From positions 6,648 through 70,647 of the forward strand of contig JAUREJ010000003.1 in assembly GCA_030827475.1 (NCBI GenBank): DNA of 64,000 nucleotides, in the 5' to 3' direction. The position numbers were made by a program, and so were the translations under genes. The stretch is from Poseidonia sp. GTDB taxonomy: Archaea; Thermoplasmatota; Poseidoniia; Poseidoniales; Poseidoniaceae. Each line of letters starts with the position of its first letter. Position 1 is the first letter of the stretch. The notes beneath the pieces are model-generated. The model saw only the letters and a program-made list of their open reading frames with translations. It did not search any database and had not been told where the DNA came from. Positions 19,201-28,077 of this stretch are shown here, piece after piece.

Positions 19201-20697
19201 GGCGACCTCCCAAGCGGCGACTACACCGTTACCATCTGGGCTGCTGACAGCGACTTATGTATTGACAACAACACCGGTTGCCAAGTTGAAGTTCGGACCA
19301 TCACCATCAACAACGAAAACCTCCGGCCGAATCTTCAATTATCTTGGATTGGTGCAGCAGACCAGTCCTCAGGCGGTATTGATGGCGACACCGTTCGTGC
19401 ATCAACTGAAACGAAGATTGTCGGCGTGGCCCGTGACGTTGGTGGCTTTGTGACTCGTGTTGAAATCGAAATCACCGACCTCGCCAACGGACTGGTGCTT
19501 AACGATGGGCCACTTCCGGTCACTTCGTTCAACGCTGACGGTTCATGGGTTGCCAACTGGGACACCTCTGACCTCGTTCACGACCGTGTGTATTCCGTGA
19601 CGGTTCGGGCTTACGACGGCGATGATTACTCGGACGACATCGTTTGGAGAATGACCATCAACAACCCACTTGATGCAGAAAATATTGATCCCGTGTTCAA
19701 CGAAACCGGCTGGGTGGGTACATGGACCATTTTCTGCGATGAAAATTCCAACTCCTTCGACCGCTGCGGTGGCGGTGTGACGTTTGACCTCGGTAATTTC
19801 TTTTCGGACCCCGATGGAACAGGGACCCCAGCCAACGACCTGGAATTCTACATCTACGATGACCCAGCAACCATTGAAGACGACATGTACTTCGATTTCA
19901 TCCGAATTTCCGCTGATGGATTGCTCACTTACGATCCGGTTTCCATGATGAGTGTCACCAGCAACATCCCCGATTGGTCCTTGAACGCCGTGGTGATCTA
20001 TGCTCAAGACGATCAAGAATCAAAGGCATATTCACTCAAAGTGAACTTCCTCGTCCGCGGGGTCTCCTTCAGCGTTGAGCGCGCCGACTCCGGCGCCATC
20101 ACCGTGAACGACCCCGCTACGTTCCGAGGGACAGGACTTCCCGGAAGCACGGTGAACCTTCGCTTCGCAGATGGAAACTCCCTCCTAAACAGCACGAAGG
20201 TTCTCTCCGACGGAACGTGGAGCATGGACCTCTCAGCCAGCCAACTCGGTATTGAAGGTAAGTCGGCGGTTGTCTTTGAAATGGACGATCAATACTTCAG
20301 GTTCTCCGGTCAATCCCAAACCGAAAAAGGCGAATTCAGTATTTCGGTTGCGGGGGCCGATGATGGCGGTTCGGGTGTCCTCGGTATCGTTCTTATCGTT
20401 CTCGCAGTTTTGGTGCTTCTCGGTGCAGCTGCGTTCTTCTTCATCGAATTTGAGGAAGTGGTTGACGAAGCCGAGTTGACCGGCGATGACGCCCAAGAAG
20501 CGGAGGACCCTTATGCTTGGGCCAAAGCCAAGCAAACGCCAAGTCTGCCTGAACAGGCCCATGCGCCTATGGAAACTGCTCAAGCCGTTGCAGAAATCGC
20601 TGCACCCGCCGCTGCCTCCCAACATCCAGGGTGGCTGTGGGACGAAGCCACGAACCAGTGGGTCCCTGACCCGAACTACCAGCAACCGCAACAGTGA
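16276..20697 (+). CDS. giant secreted cell-surface protein with right-handed parallel beta-helix (NosD/pectin-lyase-like) repeats, Asp-rich Ca-binding-like segment (DGIDNDGDTYVDDFD), C-terminal TM helix and short Pro/Trp-containing cytoplasmic tail
   Basis: ORF track 16222..20697; signal peptide MSRRKQAKSLSLVLLYMVSIMVGMVSLPTVMA starts at 16276; repeated motifs NNVITTAEGAGL, RNTISGASEGSGVGI, HNNIIG; C-terminal GIVLIVLAVLVLLGAAAFFFIEF. Confidence 0.8.
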   Translation: MSRRKQAKSLSLVLLYMVSIMVGMVSLPTVMANNETTQGTVTGVETWSGTMNLQGDVEVAEGAKLIINAGTTVNIPFGKFIDVKGAICVGDSACGASAGSASSKARFMWSLPTDYTKIGRCYVNGSSTFTNGDAACGSGLVIRDTIDQSITSINFAHFENAYGYPIYVQTLQAVQYGALVFDGSSTTARGLSFTDINTSNVIAIDFASPTISESTFELGVDGRGYDAAAVRAYGAGAGILATFEVKDSSFTGNDADCGQQGGGRAVLFIEDSYIDMDNLDISQNSYGVLMKSSSGSLTNSVIDVKCNAIDTNSLKTTGTIDHTLTITNNVITTAEGAGLTAYDGAKVYAERNTISGASEGSGVGIRSSVVELHNNIIGPVGGWNGLWIYGTSDVVAENNTIQDTGKEPVLIGEYHYQDSGWQVPAPSAARLYLANNVISNNSGTCNSQMYGGDFPCPAVHVFRSSASILDNTISGNNGDIIRAKGSLVNVQRNTADSQGGFAGNISLHDDNYGNKYGSVAYFSGNTWTGVSQVYNITESRVTVQSEQIPSPGFNESYPVNIRWLGAECPYVQDECLKLPDTVALPPAQMPLALELVENATVFSFADLQNFDSSMIHVQNQNTAWGSQVREGELVQYQVKAKNSNVAGATVVIKDATGLPLYELTTDALGYTQEVSLPSDFLLDRNWNHIVGDKNAAIPGTNDGTGQPIVVDEDSCADGIDNDGDTYVDDFDVSSGAGDTSNCESGNREMPFYTVEAFKFGSGTKELSYVLSGPVNDVINLDNLRPGVTVNQQDGTSFATTVRLTGQAWDGAKWPYANDNTAVQSQFGKIQRVEIQPPGSTDWYTASDTSGSGGEITMANHPFKDWVFDWDMSAHPEGEGDVTFRIRSFDGLDYSPVEVRQYKLNLVAPTILVDVPTTGSTFNNGKVLFQGTASDPYQGTYGSDVKQIWFHISGEGGFEQQFFQAGSTSWSYEWDVGDLPSGDYTVTIWAADSDLCIDNNTGCQVEVRTITINNENLRPNLQLSWIGAADQSSGGIDGDTVRASTETKIVGVARDVGGFVTRVEIEITDLANGLVLNDGPLPVTSFNADGSWVANWDTSDLVHDRVYSVTVRAYDGDDYSDDIVWRMTINNPLDAENIDPVFNETGWVGTWTIFCDENSNSFDRCGGGVTFDLGNFFSDPDGTGTPANDLEFYIYDDPATIEDDMYFDFIRISADGLLTYDPVSMMSVTSNIPDWSLNAVVIYAQDDQESKAYSLKVNFLVRGVSFSVERADSGAITVNDPATFRGTGLPGSTVNLRFADGNSLLNSTKVLSDGTWSMDLSASQLGIEGKSAVVFEMDDQYFRFSGQSQTEKGEFSISVAGADDGGSGVLGIVLIVLAVLVLLGAAAFFFIEFEEVVDEAELTGDDAQEAEDPYAWAKAKQTPSLPEQAHAPMETAQAVAEIAAPAAASQHPGWLWDEATNQWVPDPNYQQPQQ

Positions 20698-20722
20698 CGG
20701 GCTAACGAGCGAGGGAATTTTG

Positions 20723-23248
20723 ATGGCTGTTCTGGGGAAGCCGGGGGTGCAAGAGAGGATCCTTTTGCACTTGTTGGACTACTCTGATTTCAAAGACAGC
20801 ATTGAAGTGCCGTTCGCACTCTCTCAAATGGGTATTGCGAACGCCGTGGCCATCGCTCGTTCAAACGTGCCCCGAGCAATTGCTGGCTTGAAGGACCAGG
20901 GGATATTGGTTGAACGCCAAGCTCATGTCAAAGGCGTTTCTCGAAAACGGAAGGCCTACTTTTTGACCGATAGCGGCGTTTCCCTCGCAGCGGAGACATG
21001 GCAGCGTCTTTCGGACGTTCCCGTACGATGCATCATCGATGCTCAGTCACCCAGAGATACAACGCTCGGTGGCATTAAGTCTGTGCTTCCTTTTCCGATG
21101 CGACCCGTGGATGTCATCCGGTACATGGACGATAACCACACCTTGGACCTACGAAGCTTAAGCGCCGAATTGGTCGAGCGGGATTTGTCAAAACACGTGG
21201 AAAAACAACTGGTCACCTCCCTCGCCGACCTTCCGCGTCTGCGTCATTTCTACGGGAGGGAAACCGAACTTGACAACATGGTGAACCTTCTCGAAGCACG
21301 GGCAACGACATTGCTCGTACCGGGGATCGCTGGAATCGGGAAAACGACGGTGGCCTCCAAGTTGATCGAGCGGTTCCTTCATCGACGAAATTTGCTCTAT
21401 CACCGGTGTCAAGATTGGGAAGGATCCCGGTCTTTTTTCGAATCCGTGGCGGACTGGCTCTCGAGCATGGGAAACTCAGATTTTTCGACATATCTTGCTG
21501 CGACACCTGTTCCTCAGCCCGGTGACGCTGCGCGACTTCTCGTCGAGGCCCTTCAAGGCTCACCCGCCCTCATCGTCATCGATGATTTTCACAAGGTAGC
21601 CGACCTCGTTCTTCACCAAACCTTCCAGGCCATGTCGTTGAATTTGCTCGGAAGTGAGGAAAAGATTGGTTTGGTGATGTTTTCAAGGTCGTTCAAACCC
21701 GTTGTTCCGACAAAGGACGCTGAAGGGCGGATTGCAAGCTTGGTGTTGCCGCTTGACGGTCTTGATTCCGCTTCGGGTCGTAAACTTCTCAGCAGTTTTA
21801 AGCAACTCGAAGAAGAACAATGGCTTCACATTCACGGCTTGTCCCGAGGGCACCCACTGGTCTTGGAACTCATCAACCGTGGAGCTTCGGCCGGAGCGTT
21901 CCACGAGACGTTGGAAAATTATGTCACGGTCGAGATTTTCTCAAAATTGAGTGCCGAACAGAAGCGTGTCCTCTCCGCCCTGGCCATTTTCCGAGAGCCG
22001 GTGTTTCTTGATGCCCTGGCTCAACAACAGTTGGATACCGATGTTCTCGACAGTCTTGTCGAGTCGGGTTTGGCTCGCCAAGCCGACGCGGATACATACG
22101 ACGTTCACGATTTGATTCGTGAATTCCTGCTACGAAGCATGACGCCCGCCCTCAAATCGGAATTTCACAGTAAATGTGCTGATTGGTACGGTAAGCAGCC
22201 CGAGAGTCACGAAATTCTCGTGGAGTTGATCTATCATCTCATTCAATCCGGGCAACACGACGAAGCTTCAAAATCCATCGTCACCGAAGGTCGTCATCTC
22301 GTCACGCAAGGCCACATGGAATTGCTTGGCCTGATTGAACAAGTCGATACGGCTGACATCGACTCCACAACGCAACTCTCTCTGGCTCAACTGCAGGGTG
22401 AAATTTTAGCCTTGTTGGGACGTCACGATGAAGCAGAAGTGTTGCTCCAAACCGCTTTGGAGCGAGCAGAGAAGAACGCCGATGTTCTCGTTCAAGCCGA
22501 GTTGCTCTCATCTCTGGCGGATGTGAGCCGGAAACAAGGGAACAGCGACCTCTCACTCCAGCGCCACAAAAAAGCGCTCAAGCACTACATCGCTCTCGGG
22601 GATGCTCGTTGGGCTGCTCGAACCTACAACAACATCGGCTACCTCCTGCGCCGGAAAAACGAACAAGCAAAGGCGCTTGAAGCCTATGGTGAGGTGGAAT
22701 CCATTCTTTCATCCTCCAACGATGACGGTTTGATCAGCAGCCAGATCACGCTGGCCAGAGCCCTCATCGACCTGGGTGAAGTCGACCGTGCCCGTCACCA
22801 CGCCATGGCGTCTCACGAACGCACCTCTGAACTCGAAGACACGTCGTTGCACGCACGGGCTCAAGCTGTTCTTGGGAGGTACTATTCGCGGGTGGAGCAA
22901 TCTGAACTTGCCCTGTTCCACTACAACGAGGCACTTGTTGCAATGAACGAAGCAGGTGATGTCCAATCGCTGGTTGAGATCACGATGTTGCTGGGCGAGG
23001 TGCTCCACGATGCTGGGCGAGGCGATGAAGCCATTGAGCATTATCGGGAGGCCCTCGTGTTGGCCGAAGCTAACGACCTACGCATGCAAATAGGGGAATT
23101 GTTGACCCGTCTCGGTGGACTTTCTCCCGAACGTCACGAACGAATGGAATATTTGCAACGTGCCCTCAAAGTGTTCCGTGAATTGGGCGCTCAATCCCGC
23201 ATGCGTGAAGTCCAATCGCTGGTCCACCGAGCCGTAATGGGACGCTAA
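20723..23248 (+). CDS. STAND-type signal-transduction NTPase: N-terminal winged HTH, P-loop NB-ARC/AAA-like domain (Walker A GIAGIGKTT, Walker B LIVIDDFH), C-terminal TPR array
   Basis: Motifs read directly in the translation. The ORF track start at 20486 would overlap the upstream giant gene by 212 nt, so the Met at 20723 preceding the wHTH was chosen. Confidence 0.75.
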   Translation: MAVLGKPGVQERILLHLLDYSDFKDSIEVPFALSQMGIANAVAIARSNVPRAIAGLKDQGILVERQAHVKGVSRKRKAYFLTDSGVSLAAETWQRLSDVPVRCIIDAQSPRDTTLGGIKSVLPFPMRPVDVIRYMDDNHTLDLRSLSAELVERDLSKHVEKQLVTSLADLPRLRHFYGRETELDNMVNLLEARATTLLVPGIAGIGKTTVASKLIERFLHRRNLLYHRCQDWEGSRSFFESVADWLSSMGNSDFSTYLAATPVPQPGDAARLLVEALQGSPALIVIDDFHKVADLVLHQTFQAMSLNLLGSEEKIGLVMFSRSFKPVVPTKDAEGRIASLVLPLDGLDSASGRKLLSSFKQLEEEQWLHIHGLSRGHPLVLELINRGASAGAFHETLENYVTVEIFSKLSAEQKRVLSALAIFREPVFLDALAQQQLDTDVLDSLVESGLARQADADTYDVHDLIREFLLRSMTPALKSEFHSKCADWYGKQPESHEILVELIYHLIQSGQHDEASKSIVTEGRHLVTQGHMELLGLIEQVDTADIDSTTQLSLAQLQGEILALLGRHDEAEVLLQTALERAEKNADVLVQAELLSSLADVSRKQGNSDLSLQRHKKALKHYIALGDARWAARTYNNIGYLLRRKNEQAKALEAYGEVESILSSSNDDGLISSQITLARALIDLGEVDRARHHAMASHERTSELEDTSLHARAQAVLGRYYSRVEQSELALFHYNEALVAMNEAGDVQSLVEITMLLGEVLHDAGRGDEAIEHYREALVLAEANDLRMQIGELLTRLGGLSPERHERMEYLQRALKVFRELGAQSRMREVQSLVHRAVMGR

Positions 23249-23255
23249 TTCAGCT

Positions 23256-23735
23256 TCATTGAACCGCTGCAGGCCGGTCGAGCGAGAGGAACGTGACGCC
23301 GTCTTCGTGAACCACCCAAAGCCGTTCCACGCCAGAGAGAGGAATGCGCCCCTCATGGACACCAGCGCCTGTTCCTGACAACGCTGTCGAGGTGTCAAGC
23401 GGTCCACCTTCATCGATGAGCAGAAGAGAAGTGTTCGTGAGTTCAAGCCAAAACAAGGATTCGTCCGCTTCCGTTGGCCGCCAACTGACCGCCTCGGCGT
23501 AGGATATGTTCCCGCCAAGCCGGCTTGACTCATCTGCGCGCTCAACAGCGGCGGCGATGTCTTCCATGTTGGCTTGGATTGCCTCTTCGTTCCATCGCAA
23601 TCGGGTGTTGGTTTCAATGTCCCACGCCCAAACGCTGAACATGGACATCAAAAGGACCCCAAGAAGGAAGGTGAAAATGTAGCCCAACTCCGTGGCCGCA
23701 GCCCGGGTGTCGGCTCGAATGCTCGTGGACCTCAT
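23256..23735 (-). CDS. small archaeal type IV pilin-like protein (class III signal peptide-like N-terminus TRAAATELGYIFTFLLGVLLMSMF)
   Basis: N-terminal basic residue, small residue, then a 20+ aa hydrophobic stretch; start overlaps the stop of the upstream gene (23732..23735). Confidence 0.6.
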   Translation of the reverse strand: MRSTSIRADTRAAATELGYIFTFLLGVLLMSMFSVWAWDIETNTRLRWNEEAIQANMEDIAAAVERADESSRLGGNISYAEAVSWRPTEADESLFWLELTNTSLLLIDEGGPLDTSTALSGTGAGVHEGRIPLSGVERLWVVHEDGVTFLSLDRPAAVQ

Positions 23736-25966
23736 GCCATCACCTCTCGGGTGGTGACATCGAGCGAGGCCAGTTGGAGGGTGAATTCGATGACCTCACC
23801 GTTGGTGTGCCAGACCGCTTCTGCGGTTCCGTAACTCGGGTCCGGGACCCAACCCACATAATCCGTCAGAAGGTCCAACCGGCCGGGGTACACCGTCCAA
23901 TCCTCGCTTGCTTCGAGCCCGATGCCCGCACTGTCAGCGATGGCCGTTCCGTAGGGTTCCGACCAACCCCGCCTGACTTCGTAAGCGGGCGTTGAGGCCA
24001 GTGACATTCGGTGGACGAGTTCAATGTCAAGTTCCAGTTTTCCCCCTCCACTCTCGCTGTTGGCGGTTGGATGAAGCGAGGGAACCGTTGCGGCGAAGCG
24101 AGGTCCCGGTCCACCTCGGTCTGAGGGCGGCACGATGACGTAAGGGTTGAATTCCGGGTGATTGGTCACGACGGCTCCTCCGCTGAACGCCACTTCCATG
24201 CCGGCGATCGAGGATTGGAACTGGTATGCGAGTCGGGAGAGGTGGAACGACCAAACCGTTCCGATGGAGGCGTGCGTTGAGATGCCGTCGTTTCCAATCA
24301 CATCAATGGCGACGCTTGCGGGGTGACGTCCATCAATCCATGCGCGATGGAGGTCAACTTGGCTTCTTCCACCCATGCGTTCCCAAGGGAGGTCGGTGGT
24401 GATCCAACCGCTGGCTTGAGTGGAAACCGCCGTGCATCGATCTGCGCCGTCATGCGGGAGGTGATGCAACCCGTGAGCGCCTGCTGTGCGAAGGAGGCGA
24501 ACTGGATGGCCGTCAGTCACGGACAGAGCGGTTGTTCCGAGGGGAGCGGTGATGCTTTGCCGATTGTTTGCATCAAGGAACACGCCCGAATCGTTTGCAG
24601 CTCCCGTCAGGTTCCATGTTGAGGTGTAGCCTGCGAGTCGGTAGTGAAGGGTCTCAGCCGTGGTGTTGTCTTCGTTGGTGTACCTGAACACGCCTCCAGA
24701 ACGACCACCCGTGTCGTCGGCAGGAATCATTGCTGTGCCGACAGCATCGTTTGAACTGTTCAATGTGTTTGAAGCGGCCCATGCGAGGAAGACATCCCCG
24801 TCGGCGTCGAGCACAAGCGCACCTTCGTCGAGGGCCGGGGGCCACGCTACGTCTTCAACACCGCCGGCTGCGACAGAAATGCCGCCACCTCGCCACGTTA
24901 CGGTCACCACAGCATCGCCCGGATTGGTTAGGCGTAGTGTCCCGTTCATGAGAGGTGGGAGGAATTCATGGCCGAGGTACATGCCGGTCGTTGAAGGCCA
25001 AGCCGTCAGACCGAGGTCGTTTCCAGTGTTGGATTTCAGCAGGAGGCGTGAAGGCGAACTCGTCGTGATGTGAGCGACGGTGTCGGCCTCAACGGTGAGT
25101 TGGTGGGTGAACGCAACTGCGGTTCGTGCCAAGCCGCTGGGCAGGGCGTAGTGGATGCTGGTTTCCTCGCCGACCGTAATGTGAATTTGGTTGGCCTTTT
25201 GGCTGAGGAGGTGGATGGCGGTGGTGCCTTCCTTCAGCGGGATGGACCAAGCGTGACCTTTCTTGTCGGATGGTTCAGGAGCGTTTGGCAGGACGTAGGT
25301 CGCCCCGCTGCCCCCTGTTTCACCAAACACCGTAAGAGCATGACTCGATGTTAACACGGCTTCGCCGATGCTGGAAAGGTCAAACGATGCAGCATCATCG
25401 ACCCGCAGAGCGACGTTTTCCGCTTCTTCGCCGTCAACGTTCAACGTGACATCAATCGGGCCGAGCGGCATGGCGAGACCCGGTGTGACGGTGAAGAAGA
25501 CCCTGTCGAGGAAATCCTCGAGCGTGTAATAGTACGGTCGGTCCGGTCCAAGACGCAAATCGGTAACACAAACCGCCTCAACAAAACTCTCCGGGTGGCG
25601 AATCTCCAGTTCATCGTCAAAATCCAGTGCACCTCGTGCCCGCAGGGTCATGTCTTCCTGCCATGTTGCTGAATACCACATTCCGCCCCGCATGCTGTCC
25701 CAAACAAGATTTCCATCAACAGGAATCAAGGTCGCATGGGTGGAATCTCCGGGCATCCCTCGTTCGCTGAGGCTTGAGGTTTGGTGAGCGAGGAGCGTCA
25801 TCTGAGAGGACATGTCGTGGCGTTCAACCGAACCCTCCATCTCCTCGATGACGGGCATCATTGAGACCATCATGAGGCCGATGATGGAGAGGACACCGCC
25901 GAAGAGGAGCACCGTTGCAACGGCGGCAGAGACCGCTTCGTCTTCCCGGCGAAGTTGCCCCCTCAA
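23732..25966 (-). CDS. large (744 aa) archaeal pilin_N-domain protein (N-terminus EAVSAAVATVLLFGGVLSIIGLMMV resembles the conserved pilin_N/DUF1628 segment AVSPVIGVILMVAITV)
   Basis: N-terminal motif; translationally coupled on both sides (4-nt overlaps). Confidence 0.65.
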   Translation of the reverse strand: MRGQLRREDEAVSAAVATVLLFGGVLSIIGLMMVSMMPVIEEMEGSVERHDMSSQMTLLAHQTSSLSERGMPGDSTHATLIPVDGNLVWDSMRGGMWYSATWQEDMTLRARGALDFDDELEIRHPESFVEAVCVTDLRLGPDRPYYYTLEDFLDRVFFTVTPGLAMPLGPIDVTLNVDGEEAENVALRVDDAASFDLSSIGEAVLTSSHALTVFGETGGSGATYVLPNAPEPSDKKGHAWSIPLKEGTTAIHLLSQKANQIHITVGEETSIHYALPSGLARTAVAFTHQLTVEADTVAHITTSSPSRLLLKSNTGNDLGLTAWPSTTGMYLGHEFLPPLMNGTLRLTNPGDAVVTVTWRGGGISVAAGGVEDVAWPPALDEGALVLDADGDVFLAWAASNTLNSSNDAVGTAMIPADDTGGRSGGVFRYTNEDNTTAETLHYRLAGYTSTWNLTGAANDSGVFLDANNRQSITAPLGTTALSVTDGHPVRLLRTAGAHGLHHLPHDGADRCTAVSTQASGWITTDLPWERMGGRSQVDLHRAWIDGRHPASVAIDVIGNDGISTHASIGTVWSFHLSRLAYQFQSSIAGMEVAFSGGAVVTNHPEFNPYVIVPPSDRGGPGPRFAATVPSLHPTANSESGGGKLELDIELVHRMSLASTPAYEVRRGWSEPYGTAIADSAGIGLEASEDWTVYPGRLDLLTDYVGWVPDPSYGTAEAVWHTNGEVIEFTLQLASLDVTTREVMA

Positions 25967-27048
25967 CGACTCACCTCGATGCGTTGAAGATCGACTTCAA
26001 AATACAGCGGCAAGTTTTGAGCTGAGACGCTGAAGCCATCAGCGCCGCTTGCTCTTCCGTACGGGGAGAATCCAATGTAGGTGTCGAGCGTTCCAGCAGC
26101 GCGTTGCACGTTGTACTCGGAGAGCCAGTTGTCATGGTACTGGGGTGTGACCACATCGTGAAGGGCGTTTGTCACCGTGAATTGAACGTTGTAGGCGCGG
26201 CCGCTGAACAATGTTATGGGGCCTTGAGAGACGAATTCCAAGCCGATGTTGGAACCTGTTCCGATGCTTCCGTTGGTGATCACATCGGTCAGCAGCATGG
26301 ACAATCGCAACTCATCGTTGGCCATGCGATCAAACTCCACCAGGGGCATGGCGCTGACATCCCATGGTCCGTTTGGAAAACGCTCTGCTCGGGCGTTGTT
26401 CATCAGGACGATCTGATGTTCACCCTGCCCGAGCGAGGTGTGAATCTCCAATCCAGAAAGCGTCCACGAGACTTGTCGGTAGAGGGGTTCGTCATCCGCT
26501 CCAAAGACGGTGATGATCATCCAGTGGTTGGCGCTGGCGTTGTGCGAGACCATCACTTCCCGGTGGCTGGCCTCCACTTCGCTCGTGAGCGAAACGCCGG
26601 GCGATTGAACGGTGATGCTTCGAGCGGTTTCATTGGCGGCGAGGACACCAATCGTGGTGTCGTTCACATGACGCAACGAGATTCTTTCCGACGAAGTGAG
26701 GTCGGCCCCAATGGTCCAATGTTCGACGTTCTGCACCGGTCGGATCGAAGTGGATTGGATGGCCAGCGTGTTTCGGAAGCCCGTGCCTTCCGGTGCGTTC
26801 CCGGCCACCTCAATGCGGTCCTCAATTCGGTCAGCGAGCCCGGTGGCCGAATTCCAATTCGTGTTATCCTCAAAATCGGACAGGTACGGATTCAGGAAAA
26901 TCCAGACCCCGCCCATGATGGTGATGACCATGGCCAGCAACATCACGACACCCAGAACTTCGCTCACCGCCCGTTCTTCACCCCACAGGTGGCGGGAAGC
27001 GGACTGCGTCGATGGCCGGTTCACGCTTTGGACACGATGAGGTATCAT
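25963..27048 (-). CDS. archaeal type IV pilin-like protein (361 aa) with canonical class III signal (ER-A|VSEVLGVVMLLAMVITIMGGVWIF)
   Basis: [KR][GA] followed by VS-x-V-h-G-V-h-h-L, matching the pilin_N consensus (RGVSPVIGVILLVAITV). Confidence 0.75.
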   Translation of the reverse strand: MIPHRVQSVNRPSTQSASRHLWGEERAVSEVLGVVMLLAMVITIMGGVWIFLNPYLSDFEDNTNWNSATGLADRIEDRIEVAGNAPEGTGFRNTLAIQSTSIRPVQNVEHWTIGADLTSSERISLRHVNDTTIGVLAANETARSITVQSPGVSLTSEVEASHREVMVSHNASANHWMIITVFGADDEPLYRQVSWTLSGLEIHTSLGQGEHQIVLMNNARAERFPNGPWDVSAMPLVEFDRMANDELRLSMLLTDVITNGSIGTGSNIGLEFVSQGPITLFSGRAYNVQFTVTNALHDVVTPQYHDNWLSEYNVQRAAGTLDTYIGFSPYGRASGADGFSVSAQNLPLYFEVDLQRIEVSR

Positions 27049-27056
27049 TTAGCCAT

Positions 27057-27890
27057 TCACCCCAAATCCTGCGATGCGACTTCGTTGTGCAGGGGTGATT
27101 TGGTTTCGGTTTCGGATGGCTGCCCGATGTAATGGGAAAAATCAGGGCCGTCCTGTTCGGAGATTTTCAGGTCGCCCGTGAAGACTTCTGCGATGTGATA
27201 GAGCACGGTCGATTCGGCGATGTGAGGCCGATTGTTTTTCTGGCTTAGGTGCGTCAGGACAATGGTTCGTGTGGCTTCCGTACAAACCTCGGCCAGGAAC
27301 TGGCCGGTTTGGTCGTTTGACAAGTGGCCTCCGCGTCCGGAGATGCGATCCTTCAAGCTGTACGGGTACGGGCCTCCAAGCAATTTCTTCTCGTCGTAGT
27401 TGGCCTCAATGGAAATGTGTTCGCAACCCCGCACGTGCGTGACCAGTTCGTCGGTCCACGAGCCGAGGTCGGTGATGATGGCGGCTCGTTCTCCGTTGTG
27501 GCTTGCGACAAAGGCCACATTGTCCGAACCGGCGTGGGGGACGGGAACGGGCAGCACGGAGAGGTCGTCACCGACACGTATCAAATCAAGCGCAGCGAAG
27601 TGGGTGGTCAACGAGGGGAGCAGGTCGAGTTCAAGCGCCGTACGCTCGTTGGCCAGGATCTGGGTGTTCCATCGCGTTTGCATGATGCGAGCACCACCTC
27701 CGTGGTCGCCGTGATGATGGGAGATGAAGACGCAATCGATGTCCTCCGGGCTGAGGTCAAGGCGGGCGAGCCGCTTCTCCAGTTGTGCGCCGCTGAAACC
27801 CTGATCGATCAGCACCCGAACCTTTGGCGTCTCCAGCAGCGTCGAGTTGCCCCGGCTTCCGGTTCCAAGGTGGGTGATGGTCATCGTCAT
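27057..27890 (-). CDS. MBL-fold metallo-hydrolase (YycJ-like: HLGTGSRGNS, HHHGDHGG, GHLSN motifs)
   Basis: HxHxDH zinc-binding motif and GHLSN. Start at MTMTITHLG (27890) rather than the track's 28079; this leaves an 8-nt gap before the pilin operon. Confidence 0.8.
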   Translation of the reverse strand: MTMTITHLGTGSRGNSTLLETPKVRVLIDQGFSGAQLEKRLARLDLSPEDIDCVFISHHHGDHGGGARIMQTRWNTQILANERTALELDLLPSLTTHFAALDLIRVGDDLSVLPVPVPHAGSDNVAFVASHNGERAAIITDLGSWTDELVTHVRGCEHISIEANYDEKKLLGGPYPYSLKDRISGRGGHLSNDQTGQFLAEVCTEATRTIVLTHLSQKNNRPHIAESTVLYHIAEVFTGDLKISEQDGPDFSHYIGQPSETETKSPLHNEVASQDLG

Positions 27891-28077
27891 GCGAACAACT
27901 CGGAGCGGTCGCGGAGGATTCTTGAACACACCGACAGAACCTGACGGTATCGGATGTTTTGGCGGACTTTCGCACGACGTCAAGGTGTGCGTGTATGAAC
28001 AATGTTCCATCACCCTCATAAGCAATCTGAGCAAGGTATTCTTTGAGCGAAGCGTATGCTTTGCAGCAGGCGAGAAC

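Noticed and set aside
20486-20722. Upstream extension of the STAND NTPase ORF overlapping the 3' end of the giant gene by 212 nt
   Set aside because: Extension is basic/low-complexity and precedes the wHTH; the Met at 20723 gives a clean intergenic gap of 25 nt
20723-23248. STAND NTPase as an Avs-type antiviral defence protein
   Set aside because: No nuclease/protease/TIR-like effector domain is visible; the N-terminal wHTH favours a transcription-regulator role. Kept as alternative in findings
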